Assembly: GCA_963707025.1 (NCBI GenBank)
Contig: CAVPOM010000016.1
Span: 124,047 to 188,046 of the forward strand
DNA: 64,000 nt
Direction of reading: 5' to 3'
Source of the DNA: an uncultured Verrucomicrobiae bacterium
Lineage (GTDB): Bacteria; Verrucomicrobiota; Verrucomicrobiia; Limisphaerales; Palsa-1400
Position 1 is the stretch's first letter. Every line of letters starts with the position of its first letter. The notes beneath the pieces are model-generated. The model saw only the letters and a list, made by a program, of their open reading frames with translations. It was not told where the DNA came from and searched no databases. A program made the translations under genes and the position numbers. Positions 1 through 9,903 of the stretch are shown here, piece by piece.

Positions 1-999
1 TGAAATGGAGGTGCTGAATCCCTGCAACAGGGTCAGTTGTTCGGTGGTGCTTTTGCTCCGCACCAAAGCGCCCACCCGCTCGCGCAGGTCCATCTGGATT
101 TGCGGGACGCGCTTGAGAAACTCCTGCCGGATTTCCAGGCGAAAAGAGGAGGTGGCGTCGGAGCCAAAAATCGGCGCCGCCGGCTCCCGGCTTTCCTCCT
201 CCGGCGCGGCCGGTTCCGGCGCCTGCGGCGGAGCTGGCGCGGCCGCGGCGGGCGCCGTTGAAAGCTTTGGCGCCCCCGGCAAACGCACCCCGGAAAACAC
301 CGGCGTCGGTGTCGGGGCCGGCACACTGGGACTGGTGGCCGCGGGCGCCGGCGGGGGCATCTTGATGAGCGGGGCGGTGAAAGGCATCTTTTCCCGCGCG
401 GCCGGCGCGGGGGCGGAGCCGGCGAATTTTGGCGGGGAAGGCGGAATGACCAGCCTGGGCAACGAAGCCACAGCGGGAGGCGAGGAAAGAGGAGAGGGGG
501 CCGAGGGCGCCGGCGGAGGAGGAGGAGCCGGGACCGGGGCGGGCGTGGGAATGGCCGCCGCCGGCCTGGGCGGCGGCATGCTGACGGGCGTGGCCGAGTT
601 GCCCAAAGGCTGGGGATAGAGGCCGATGATTTCCCCGCTAAATATCTGCTCGACAATTTCCAGGGCCAGATTGGGCGTGCAATCCATTTTGGAAACGCAC
701 TTGTTGGCGCCGGCGTCGAAGGCTTCCTTGATCAGATCAGGACGATAAAAGCTGGAAAGAACGACGATGGGGACAATCCTGAATTCGGGCATGGCCCGAA
801 TCTGGCGGATCAGATCCGTGCCGCTCATGCTGGGCAGGGTGAGATCCATCTGGATCAAATTGGGCCGGAAAGCGGGCAAGGTGTCCAACGCGGCCGGCCC
901 GTCATCCACCGCCTCCACCACGAAGCCCGACAAGTCAAACTTGCGCCGATAAATGCCCCGCAAAATGGGATCGTTCTCGACAATCAAAATTTTCTTCAT
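1..999 (-). CDS. Response regulator (N-terminal receiver domain, Pro/Ala-rich linker, helical possibly Hpt-like domain); runs off the left edge
   Basis: Not in the ORF track; manual translation from ATG at 999 gives MKKILIVENDPILRGIYRRKFDLSGFVVEAVDDG...IQMDLTLPSMSGTDLIRQIR...PIVVLSS...AGANKCVSK, a receiver-domain pattern; frame stays open to position 1. Confidence 0.85.
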   Translation of the reverse strand, partial: MKKILIVENDPILRGIYRRKFDLSGFVVEAVDDGPAALDTLPAFRPNLIQMDLTLPSMSGTDLIRQIRAMPEFRIVPIVVLSSFYRPDLIKEAFDAGANKCVSKMDCTPNLALEIVEQIFSGEIIGLYPQPLGNSATPVSMPPPRPAAAIPTPAPVPAPPPPPAPSAPSPLSSPPAVASLPRLVIPPSPPKFAGSAPAPAAREKMPFTAPLIKMPPPAPAATSPSVPAPTPTPVFSGVRLPGAPKLSTAPAAAAPAPPQAPEPAAPEEESREPAAPIFGSDATSSFRLEIRQEFLKRVPQIQMDLRERVGALVRSKSTTEQLTLLQGFSTSIS

Positions 1000-1202
1000 G
1001 CAAAGCCTTCAGGCCTCGTCCCCGCGGGCGGCATTAAAACACGTCATCGTCATCGGACGGTTGCATCCTACATGGTCCCCGCCGGGAAACCAGCAAAAAG
1101 TAATGCCGAGGCCGGCCCGGTCCGATGGGAACGCGCGCAGGGGACGCGCGAGGGGAATGCGTCCTTGCCAGAAGGGCGCGAAAGGGGTATCCATTAGCTG
1201 AC

Positions 1203-1691
1203 ATGGCAACGGTTGGCGAACAATTAAAGGCGGCGCGCGAAGCGCAACGGCTCACGGTCACACAGGTCGCGGACATGACCAAGATCCGCAGCGACCATAT
1301 CCGCGCCATAGATCAGGGCAATTATGATGTTTTTTCCGCGCCGGTTTACATCCGGGGATTTGTGCGCACTTACGCCACGACCCTGAAACTGGACCCGGCC
1401 GCGATCCTGGCCCAACTCAACGCGGAACTGGCGGAAAGCGGGGCCCAGACGCTGCCGACTTTTCAACCGCCGGCCTCCGGCCTGGTGGACTCCGCCATGT
1501 TTCACCTCTCCACCGCGGGCCGGCGGCTGCTGCTGCCCCTGCTCCTGATCGGATTGGTGGTGGGCGGGTTGACGGCCGGCATCGTGCTGATGAACCGCCG
1601 GGCGGCGCAGCACCCGCTCAACGGGCTGGGTCCGGGCCTTTATCAGGCGGCCGATAATGCGGGGGAAACCTTGCCCCTGCCCAAGCACTGA
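1203..1691 (+). CDS. rodZ: RodZ-like helix-turn-helix membrane protein
   Basis: MATVGEQLKAAREAQRLT...TKIRSDHIRAID...VYIRGFVRTYA (HTH_25 pattern) followed by one TM segment; directly upstream of rimO. Confidence 0.8.
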   Translation: MATVGEQLKAAREAQRLTVTQVADMTKIRSDHIRAIDQGNYDVFSAPVYIRGFVRTYATTLKLDPAAILAQLNAELAESGAQTLPTFQPPASGLVDSAMFHLSTAGRRLLLPLLLIGLVVGGLTAGIVLMNRRAAQHPLNGLGPGLYQAADNAGETLPLPKH

Positions 1692-1705
1692 CCGGGCGGG
1701 CATGC

Positions 1706-3331
1706 ATGACAAAACCCAGCCATCGCCCGGTTCGCGTGGGCTTGATTTCCCTCGGCTGCGCCAAAAATCTGGCGGACGCCGAGATCATGCTCGGTTCGCT
1801 GCTGCAAAGCGGGATGGAAATCACCAATGAAGCCGGGCAGGCCGATGTCGTCATCGTCAACACTTGTTCGTTCATTGACGCGGCCCAGAAGGAAAGCGTG
1901 GAAGCCATTCTGGAATCCGCCCAGGCGCGCGCCCGAACCCATCCGGCCCAGGGATTGATCGTGGCCGGCTGCCTGCCGCAGCGTTTCCGCGACGATCTGC
2001 CCAAACTGCTCCCGGAAGTGGACGCTTTCATGGGGGTTGACCAGGTGGCCCAAGTTTCCGAAATCGTCCGTCAGGCACTGGCCGGACGCCGCGAGAAATT
2101 GCGCCGCGCCGGGCCGGGCGCGGCCGGCGCCAATTCTGTCAAGACGATGGCCAAGCGCCTGGCCGGCCGGGAGGCAAAATCGCCCGCCCCCGCGCCCGGG
2201 CCGGTCCTGCAGGTTCATCGGCGCCCCAGCTACATCCCCGACTTCGCCACGCCGCGTTTTCGCCTGACCCCGCGGCATTTCGCCTACGTCAAAATCGCGG
2301 AAGGCTGCAATCACCCGTGCAGCTTTTGCGTCATCCCGCAGATGCGCGGCGCCCACCGCAGCCGCCCCCAGGCGGACGTGGTGCGGGAGGCGGCGCAACT
2401 TCTGGCCGGCGGCGTCCGGGAGTTGAACCTGATCTCCCAGGACTCCACCTATTACGGCCTGGACCTGCGCCCCCATCACAGCCGCGCGATTTCCTCCCCG
2501 GCAAAATTCAGCGCCGCCGCGCGCGCCCTGCCGGCCGAAGCGACCAGCCTGTGTACTCTGCTGCGGGCTCTCAACGCCCTGCCCGGCGATTTCTGGGTCC
2601 GCCTGCTCTACACCCATCCGGCCCATTGGACGGGCGAATTGATCGAGACCATCGCCCAATGCCCCAAAGTGGCGCGCTACGTGGACCTGCCGCTCCAGCA
2701 CATCCACGAAAACATGCTGGAGCGGATGCGGCGCGAAACCTCGCGGGAGCATATTGTTGACTTGATCGCGAGAATTCGCGCGGGCATCCCCGGCATCGCC
2801 CTCCGCACGACCTTTATCGTGGGCTTTCCCGGCGAGACGGAGGCCTGCTTCCAAGCGCTGCTGGAGTTTATTCGGACGGCGAAGTTCGAGCGTCTCGGCG
2901 TCTTCACCTTCTCGCCCCAGGAGGGCACGCGCGCCGGCAAAATGGAGGGGCAAATTCCGGCGCGGGTCAGAAAGCAGCGGCAGAAGCTGGCCATGGCCGA
3001 ACAGCTCAAGGTGGCGCGGGCCATTGCCGCGTCCTGCGTCGGGCGCGAGATGACGGTGCTGATCGAAGGCGAGGCCCGGCCGGGCGATGGGCCGGCCGCC
3101 AACCTCAGTTCCTGGGAGCACGGGCTGATCCGGTCCTCCTCCGGGCCCGCGGAAATGGAAAAACCCGGCCCTGGCGGGCCCAACCGTTTTTTGATCGCGC
3201 GCAGCCAGGCGGACGCGCCGGACATTGACGGACGGGTTTATGTGCGGGGCAAACTGCCGCTGGGCCAATTCGCCCGCGTCAGGATCATCGGCCACACCGA
3301 TTACGATTTGATCGCCGAACCGGCCGGGTGA
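1706..3331 (+). CDS. rimO: Ribosomal protein S12 methylthiotransferase (radical SAM, MiaB/RimO family)
   Basis: SLGCAKNLADAE, VNTCSFI, AGCLPQR, YVKIAEGCNHPCSFCVIP (CxxxCxxC), C-terminal TRAM with DAPDIDGRVY; rodZ-rimO-pgsA context. Confidence 0.93.
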   Translation: MTKPSHRPVRVGLISLGCAKNLADAEIMLGSLLQSGMEITNEAGQADVVIVNTCSFIDAAQKESVEAILESAQARARTHPAQGLIVAGCLPQRFRDDLPKLLPEVDAFMGVDQVAQVSEIVRQALAGRREKLRRAGPGAAGANSVKTMAKRLAGREAKSPAPAPGPVLQVHRRPSYIPDFATPRFRLTPRHFAYVKIAEGCNHPCSFCVIPQMRGAHRSRPQADVVREAAQLLAGGVRELNLISQDSTYYGLDLRPHHSRAISSPAKFSAAARALPAEATSLCTLLRALNALPGDFWVRLLYTHPAHWTGELIETIAQCPKVARYVDLPLQHIHENMLERMRRETSREHIVDLIARIRAGIPGIALRTTFIVGFPGETEACFQALLEFIRTAKFERLGVFTFSPQEGTRAGKMEGQIPARVRKQRQKLAMAEQLKVARAIAASCVGREMTVLIEGEARPGDGPAANLSSWEHGLIRSSSGPAEMEKPGPGGPNRFLIARSQADAPDIDGRVYVRGKLPLGQFARVRIIGHTDYDLIAEPAG

Positions 3332-3401
3332 TGGGATGGCCGAGGGCGCCGCGAACAAAGATTTACTTGGCGCGGGGAACCTGTCTTTATAAGGGCGGCC
3401 C

Positions 3402-3992
3402 ATGAACGTGCCGAACCAATTAACCGTCTCCCGTTTTGTCCTGACGGCCGCCTTTTTGGTGGCGGTCTTCGTGGAATTTCCCTTGCATAAGACGGTCTCC
3501 CTCCTGCTCTTCGGCGCGGCGAGCCTGACGGATTACTTTGACGGCCGCATCGCCCGCCGCGACCAACTCATCACCAATTTCGGAATTCTGATGGACCCGC
3601 TGGCAGACAAAATCCTGGTTTGCTCGGCGTTCATCGCGTTCGTGGGGTTGGGCTGGATGCCGGCGTGGATGGCGGTGATTGTGGTGGGGCGGGAACTGGC
3701 CATCACGGGCTTGCGCCTGCTGGCGGCCTCCAAAAACCTGGTGCTGGCGGCGGAACGATTCGGCAAACACAAAACCATTTCGCAAATAGTCGCCATCCTT
3801 GCCATCCTGGCGCGGCACTGCTACGAGGAGGCGGGGCCGGCGGGCACATTCATTTTTGGCTTCCATCTTTTCGGCCAACCGTGGGTGGAATGGTTCGCGC
3901 CCCTGGCCCTGTGGCTGGCGGTGGCGCTGACCCTGGCCTCCGGCGTGATTTATCTTTGGCGCAATCGCGCCCTGTATCTGGCTGATCTATGA
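3402..3992 (+). CDS. pgsA: CDP-diacylglycerol--glycerol-3-phosphate 3-phosphatidyltransferase
   Basis: NVPNQLTVSR and TDYFDGRIARR...TNFGILMDPLADK (CDP-alcohol phosphatidyltransferase motif). Confidence 0.93.
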   Translation: MNVPNQLTVSRFVLTAAFLVAVFVEFPLHKTVSLLLFGAASLTDYFDGRIARRDQLITNFGILMDPLADKILVCSAFIAFVGLGWMPAWMAVIVVGRELAITGLRLLAASKNLVLAAERFGKHKTISQIVAILAILARHCYEEAGPAGTFIFGFHLFGQPWVEWFAPLALWLAVALTLASGVIYLWRNRALYLADL

Positions 3993-4492
3993 AACTCTGG
4001 ATCGCCCAGGGATTTGGCGCGGGCCGGATTGGCTTCGCCCCGGGGACCTTCGGGTCGCTGCTGGGGCTGGGGTGGTTCGCCCTGCTGCTGTGCGGGAAGT
4101 CATGGCTGATCTTCGCCGCGGGCAGCGCCGCCGGCATCGCCCTTTCCGTCTGGCTGTGCGGGGAAGGAGAGAAACGCCTCAACCAAAAAGACCCCGGCTC
4201 GGTCGTTTTGGATGAAATCGCCGCCATGCCTGTCTGTTTTGCCGCGGCCCTGGCCATGGCGTGGTCCCGCCAAAAACAATGGCCCGGCCCGGAGCACTTT
4301 TTTTCCGCCGCGCACGGCCTTGAGACTGCCGGCATCTTCGTTCTGTTCCGATTCTTCGACATCCTCAAACCCTGGCCGGTGCGGCAAAGCCAGTCGCTGC
4401 CCGGCGGTTTGGGCATCACCCTGGATGACGTTCTGGCCGCGGGCTATGTCAATCTGGTGGTTTGGGCGCTGAGTGCGTTTGTGAGCTTTTAA
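3989..4492 (+). CDS. pgpA: Phosphatidylglycerophosphatase A
   Basis: APGTFGSL, KDPGSVVLDE, FRFFDILKPWP, GITLDDVLAA; 4-nt overlap with pgsA. Confidence 0.93.
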   Translation: MKLWIAQGFGAGRIGFAPGTFGSLLGLGWFALLLCGKSWLIFAAGSAAGIALSVWLCGEGEKRLNQKDPGSVVLDEIAAMPVCFAAALAMAWSRQKQWPGPEHFFSAAHGLETAGIFVLFRFFDILKPWPVRQSQSLPGGLGITLDDVLAAGYVNLVVWALSAFVSF

Positions 4493-5097
4493 ATTTTCTT
4501 GGGCGCGGTGAGGCTGTAGCGGCTGGTGTCCTGGGCGTGGGCCAGCGCGACGGCCAGGGCGTCGGCCGCGTCGGGCGCGGGCGTGGCGGACAAATGGAGA
4601 AGGCGCTGCACCATTTTGGCCACCGCCTCCTTGTGGGCGGCGCCGTAGCCCACGATGGCTTGCTTGACCTTGCGCGGGGCGATTTCAAAAATGTCCAGGC
4701 CGGCTTCGGCCATGGCGGTCAGGGCGGCGCCGCGGGCTTCGCCCAGGGTCAGGGCGGTTTGCAGGTTTTGGGCGTAGAAAAGCCCTTCGATGGCGCAAAC
4801 CGCGGGGTGGTATTGGGCGGCAATCGCCCGCAACGTTTGCAGGATATTCAAAAGACACCGCGAATGTTCCCAGCCCGGCGGGCAGGCGATGGTGCCGTGG
4901 GCCAGAGCCAGGGGATGCGGCCGGGCCATTTTGATCACGCCGTAGCCGGTGCCGCGCAGGGAAGGATCTATGCCAATAATAATTTGCGTCCCGGCGGCCG
5001 CCGGGCGGAGGCTGCTCTGAAAAACAGGCTCGGCCGCGCGCTTGGCGCCGCGCAGGCGCGCCTGGAGTTGCTCGAATTGGCGGGGTGTGACGGACAT
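4489..5097 (-). CDS. ruvC: Holliday junction resolvase
   Basis: IIGIDPSLRGTGYGVI, AIEGLFY, LGEARGA, KVKQAIVGYGAAHKEAV, DAADALAVA. Confidence 0.93.
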   Translation of the reverse strand: MSVTPRQFEQLQARLRGAKRAAEPVFQSSLRPAAAGTQIIIGIDPSLRGTGYGVIKMARPHPLALAHGTIACPPGWEHSRCLLNILQTLRAIAAQYHPAVCAIEGLFYAQNLQTALTLGEARGAALTAMAEAGLDIFEIAPRKVKQAIVGYGAAHKEAVAKMVQRLLHLSATPAPDAADALAVALAHAQDTSRYSLTAPKKI

Positions 5098-5119
5098 GGC
5101 AGCGCTGGTGTTTGTTTTG

Positions 5120-6322
5120 TCAAGCAATATTTTTGCGGCACGATTGCCGTTGCTGAATTAATCGTTTGCAGAGATTAAAAATGCCGCGGTCGGGGTGTTG
5201 CCAGGCCATCATCCGCCGGGCTTGCAAATCGCCGTGGCAACCGCGCACCGGACCGGCCTGGCCCATCCCAATCTCGGTGCCATAGTAGATGACCGGAGGA
5301 GCCGCCTGGGCGAACTGGATCTGCAAGGCTCTCCTGAGGCGGGCTTTATCACCGCGGGCTTCAAAGAGAAACCGGTTCATATCGTGGTTGTCCAGGAAGG
5401 AAAGGAGGGCGCAATGGTCCGGGAAGCCTGCGTAGTGTTCGTCCAACATCTCCTGGATTTGCGCATCGGAGGTCTTCTTCTTATTGCGGGCAACGCACGC
5501 GGCGAGCAGTTTCTGGAAGCGGAAGTCCAACAGCCCGTCAAACAGCGGGGCGTACTCCTTCATGGTGGCGTCCAGCACGTCCAAGCCGAGTTGTTGGGCC
5601 AGAAAGTAGAAGCGTTTGTCCGGCAAAAAAATGGTGTTGAGAAAGCGGCGTTGGATGCCCCAGAAATAGACTTCGGCAATCAAAGCAACCTCCTCATTGT
5701 GTTGCTTGAGGCGGCTGCGAAATTCACGCCAGAAATCCAGGGAAGGTCCCAGGGCGTGGTCCAGCCGAAAACCGGCCATGCCTTGATCCATCCAATGCCT
5801 GGCCACCTTGATTATTTCCTTCCTCGCCTCGGGGTTGTCCAAATTGAGCTTGGGCAATTCGGCGACATCGAGAAACTTGAGATAGTCCCCGTTGGGCAGC
5901 CAGTAGAACCAATGCCGGTACCGGCTGCGCTTGCTGTTCCTGGCTTCGATGAACCAAGGGTGAGTCTCGTGAACATGGTTGGGCACGAAATCCATGATCA
6001 AGCGCAGGCCGCGCCCGCGCGCCGCCTTGACCAGTGTTTGAAACGCTTTTTGTCCGCCAAACCTTCTTTCCACCTGAAGGAAATCCGTGATGTGGTATCC
6101 ATGATAAGCAGTCGTCCTGGTAAAGGGCGACAGCCAAATGGTATTGATGCCCAAGTCCGACAAATAATCCAGTTTCTCGGCCACCCCTTGCAGATTGCCG
6201 CCGCAGAAGACGGGCTTTTCCTCTGGAGGAAGATGGCGGCGGGGCGGTGGGCCGCCGCGGAAGAAACGGTCAATGAACACTTGGTAGATGACGGCCTGGT
6301 GGAGCCATTGGGAATTATTCAT
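5120..6322 (-). CDS. Alpha-amylase family glycoside hydrolase (GH13, neopullulanase-like)
   Basis: IYQVFIDRF, GGNLQGV..KLDYL..LGINTIWLSP, YHGY, DFVPNH, GFRLDHA, FLDNHDMNRF, IYYGTEIG. Confidence 0.9.
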   Translation of the reverse strand: MNNSQWLHQAVIYQVFIDRFFRGGPPPRRHLPPEEKPVFCGGNLQGVAEKLDYLSDLGINTIWLSPFTRTTAYHGYHITDFLQVERRFGGQKAFQTLVKAARGRGLRLIMDFVPNHVHETHPWFIEARNSKRSRYRHWFYWLPNGDYLKFLDVAELPKLNLDNPEARKEIIKVARHWMDQGMAGFRLDHALGPSLDFWREFRSRLKQHNEEVALIAEVYFWGIQRRFLNTIFLPDKRFYFLAQQLGLDVLDATMKEYAPLFDGLLDFRFQKLLAACVARNKKKTSDAQIQEMLDEHYAGFPDHCALLSFLDNHDMNRFLFEARGDKARLRRALQIQFAQAAPPVIYYGTEIGMGQAGPVRGCHGDLQARRMMAWQHPDRGIFNLCKRLIQQRQSCRKNIA

Positions 6323-8238
6323 ACCTCATAGGAGCCAGGATCCGTTTTGCTGGAGCAGGCGACACATCGTTGCATTTGATGCATGGCCAGCCGCAGGTTG
6401 GCCTGAGTCCAAAGGAGCGGGGTGTGATCATTGGGCACGTAGTGGCCGTTCTCAATATAATAAGCCTCCGGAGCGCGCAATTCAGGCACCCCTATTGACC
6501 TGCTGGTCAACTGGCCCAAGGCCCGGTTGAAATAAGCCGTTTGCAATCGGAGCAACTCGTTTGCCTCCTCTCCCGCCGCTTTCATTTCCAGGTATCTTTG
6601 CCCGTAGATCACGGAAATGATTGGGTCGAAGATGCACCATTGCGCTTCCTCGCCAACCCGCACAAGGGCGTCGCGCTTTTCGATCTCCTCGCTATAGTCA
6701 GCGGTCCGCTTGCTCGCCGGCACTTTCTTGTAGTCTCGAAACCAGTAAGAGTCGCCCAAATAACGGCGTATGCCGTAGTCGCCCTGGAGGCGGGATTTAA
6801 CATCTTCAAGGATCATCCGGACCCACGGTTCATCCCATTTCAGAACTTCCAACGGGTAGATTAAGAAAAGCAATGAGCTGTCATAGCGCCGGTAGCAATT
6901 CTCAGGTTTGATGGACTCGCACGGTAATATCTTAGCCAAGGCTTCGCGACCCGGCTTGATGAGTTTCTCCATCCGGCCGGCATCCAGTTTGTGCCCGGCC
7001 ATGATTGGGTTATCCCAAAGATGCTTTTCGTCCATGAGAATTTTGAACTCCCGCAGCCCCGCAATAACCGTTCCGATGGAGGATGCGGAAACTTTGCGCG
7101 TCTCTTCCCAATGTCCGCTGTCCTGATCCTGCCAGTATTCAATGGCCTCAAAATAAAGCGGAAATTCCGCCAGACATTCCAGTTCCTTCTCGCCACAAGG
7201 GACGATGCCTTTCCGCGCCAGTTTGCAGTAACACCACAGAAAATAGCCCAGCGCGTCGTTTTGGGCGTGCGGCCATTTCTTGCTGAGTTCCGCAAGTTCC
7301 CTGCCGTCAAAGCGGACATGTGGGCGGTGCATCGGATTGGCGGCAAGAGCTTTTTCGGTGGCCTTTCCCGGGTCTGCAATGATGTCCCGAAAGCGCTGAA
7401 TGTATTTTTGGAAGTAGCGCATCAAGGCGGACAAGGTGCGGCCGGCCGCCTTGGTTTCTCCGCACACAAAGTGGGCATGGGCCACATGCACATTATCCCT
7501 CACCCAGACGAATTGATATCCGGAAGCGTCCCCCGATTGGGCGGACGCGGCGGCTGGAAACAGCCCATTGGGCAAACTTTTGAAGAGGAAGGCGCCTTTT
7601 TGCTCAAGGAACTCCCGCAACCTGTTCAACTCCGCGGCCGTGTATTCCGCGCGCATCAAACCGGCCATTTTCCTGTTCCGCGTCTCAGGCGCATCCGTCA
7701 CTGGAGCCAGGTTTTCGATCAGCCGTTTGGATACCTTGGAAGTACACCAGGACAGTATTATCCCGGCCCAACCCGCCCCTATCAGGATTACGTCTTCCAA
7801 GGACGGCCATTGCCAGGAGTCTGTGGCAAGAGTTTGTGAGAGATATCCGATACAGAGCAAAAGAAAGCAAACCCCATAGGTTGAGCTATACAACGCCCAA
7901 TCTTCCATCTCAAAGACCGCGCGATTGCGCTGCGTGAACCGCTCGTAAAGATCCCGGCGAGACTCGGCGTAGAAGGCGCCGATAACGATGATGCGCACCT
8001 TCAGATTGGTGCATAACAGATCCACGTAAATGCAGACAAAGGGTATCAGCGCCAGAAACAAATGGGCCGGTTGGGCCTTGCTGTCCCACAAACCAAATCC
8101 GGCGGTGCCCAAAGCCGCGACCAGGACCAGCTTCCACTTCAGGAAGTCGGAACGACTTTGGTGCGCTGCAAGGATTTCGTCGGGAAGCTTGGAGCTTCGC
8201 TCCAAGGCACTCTCCGTGGCTGGTTTGTTGTTTGACAT
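6319..8238 (-). CDS. GH15-like / phosphorylase-kinase alpha/beta-like protein with an N-terminal multi-TM domain
   Basis: GLFPAA...YQFVWVRDN, WPHAQNDALG, DSGHWEE..KVSASSIG, DSSLLFLIYP, GIRRYLGDSY, PLLWTQANL; first ~170 aa hold about 4 hydrophobic segments. Confidence 0.75.
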   Translation of the reverse strand: MSNNKPATESALERSSKLPDEILAAHQSRSDFLKWKLVLVAALGTAGFGLWDSKAQPAHLFLALIPFVCIYVDLLCTNLKVRIIVIGAFYAESRRDLYERFTQRNRAVFEMEDWALYSSTYGVCFLLLCIGYLSQTLATDSWQWPSLEDVILIGAGWAGIILSWCTSKVSKRLIENLAPVTDAPETRNRKMAGLMRAEYTAAELNRLREFLEQKGAFLFKSLPNGLFPAAASAQSGDASGYQFVWVRDNVHVAHAHFVCGETKAAGRTLSALMRYFQKYIQRFRDIIADPGKATEKALAANPMHRPHVRFDGRELAELSKKWPHAQNDALGYFLWCYCKLARKGIVPCGEKELECLAEFPLYFEAIEYWQDQDSGHWEETRKVSASSIGTVIAGLREFKILMDEKHLWDNPIMAGHKLDAGRMEKLIKPGREALAKILPCESIKPENCYRRYDSSLLFLIYPLEVLKWDEPWVRMILEDVKSRLQGDYGIRRYLGDSYWFRDYKKVPASKRTADYSEEIEKRDALVRVGEEAQWCIFDPIISVIYGQRYLEMKAAGEEANELLRLQTAYFNRALGQLTSRSIGVPELRAPEAYYIENGHYVPNDHTPLLWTQANLRLAMHQMQRCVACSSKTDPGSYEV

Positions 8239-8677
8239 GGCTGCAATTCTGTTCCCGCATCCCAGTGGCGCCGACATTAGCAAAAGCCTCCAAATGCTAA
8301 AAGGAAAATCGCCCCCGCCAGCAGGGCGGGCGGCGCCAGTTTCTGGAAAGCTTTGGCCGGCAGGCCGGGAATGCGGCGGGGCGAAACGGCCGGCGTGGCA
8401 GGATCAATGACCCTGGCGCTGAGGGCGTTGCCGGGGCAGCGGCCGCCGCCGGCGCGAATAGCGCGCAGCGATGGCAGGATTCCAGCGATGCGTTGCCCAA
8501 GTTGTTGGCCAGCGATTTCTCGCGCCGCGGGAGGGTTTTGCAAACGAAAACCTGTCCCGCTCCATGCCAGGGGACCCGCGGACCTTTTCTCCCGTGACAG
8601 CCAGGTTACGTTGCATTCACAGGTTATTAGGTCTGATCGGGATGGTGATGCAAAGGTCAAACAGGAGAGACTCAAGG

Positions 8678-9483
8678 GGGTGGTGGAGTGGTGGAGTGAT
8701 GGGGTGGTGGAGCGGGGAGGCGCGCGAAAGGCAGACTGAAAAACACCTTGACTGGCCTTGATTGACCTTGACTGGCAAAACTCGCCGGGACTGATAAATG
8801 GTTCATGGAGAGGCACTTCGATTGATTTTCCTCGAAAACGCGCGAAAGTCGCAAAGCAAGCCGGATGGGGGGCTGAAAACCGGTCGTTTTGGTCCGCGCT
8901 TTGACGCGAACCCCGACTGCTTTTTGGGCTGCCGGGTGCCATCGCGGCGAGGAGGGGAGCGGATGGAAGTTCATGGTTAAGGCGGTCAAAGTCCAAGAAT
9001 ATGGTTTGACTGGGTGTGACCGGGTATGACCGGATGGGTGCGTTCGGCAAATTTTGCCGGTGCCGGCCCTTTTGGCGTTCGGCGGCGTCGAACGAAGAAG
9101 CCAGGCGGGGTTTGGGGTGTTCCGGCGCAACCGCAAAGGACTTCAGCGCGGCCAGACCTGACGGAAGGACTTGAGCCTCGGATAAGAAAATGCATAATGC
9201 AGAACGCAAAATGCAGCATTCCGAATCCATGAAATCCGTGGCAACATCCTTGCGGAAAGGAGCAATGGTAGAGGAGGGGGGATCGTCCCTGCTGAGTTTT
9301 GTTCTCCCAGAGGGGGATGCGCGCTCCAAGCCTGCGGCTGCGCCGGGCGCCTCCTGGCGGACGCAATCCCGGGCTGTCCCTACGTGTCTCATGCAGACGA
9401 TTCAACCATAGGTTCTAATTCAAGTCAAGACCCGGCCCTGAAGAAAATGCGGAATGAAGAATGCAAAATGCAAAATGAAGAAG
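8678..9483. repeat. Intergenic region with short degenerate tandem repeats (octamer GGAGTGGT-like at ~8678-8712; heptamer AAAATGC-like at ~9187-9220 and ~9444-9483)
   Basis: Visible: gtggtggagtggtggagtgatggggtggtggag; aaaatgcataatgcagaacgcaaaatgc; aaaatgcggaatgaagaatgcaaaatgcaaaatgaagaa. Confidence 0.7.
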
Positions 9484-9903
9484 CGGATTTGAACTGGAGA
9501 GCGAGGAACATCCATCTCTAATAGCTTGATGGACAATACCTTGGACAATGAATGATCGTGTGTTGAATGGGGAATAGTGAATGGGCGCAGCGGGTAAAAT
9601 CTGGGTTCTGTCCAGGCGCGTTGGCATTCCTTTGCGTCGAACGTCATCACCAAACGTTACGAGGATTTGTTGGGGGAATTCACACAGTTGGCGTTTGATG
9701 AGGCGGCGGAAATGCGTTGGCAGGAATCCCGGCAGGCGGAAGCGAACAACATGGATGCCGGGCCGGCGACTGAAACGGGTTTGCAGAGCGATTTGATTGA
9801 AGCGTCGGGGTCGGGGCATCCGTTTTGAGTTAGGAAAAGTGATCTGGAGCAATACCAGTCATCTGAAGCAATTCGCGCGGGGTCACCTGAGTTGGCGGGT
9901 TTA

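Noticed and set aside
5..656. ORF-track calls at the window start
   Set aside because: Alternative frames of the response regulator, which the track misses because it has no stop inside the window
1643..3403. 586-aa minus-strand ORF
   Set aside because: Antisense shadow of rimO; no recognisable motifs
8277..9900. Coding potential of the 371-aa and neighbouring ORFs
   Set aside because: They translate simple repeats (FCILHSAF, TTPSLHHSTTP) and show no family motifs; treated as intergenic or decayed DNA
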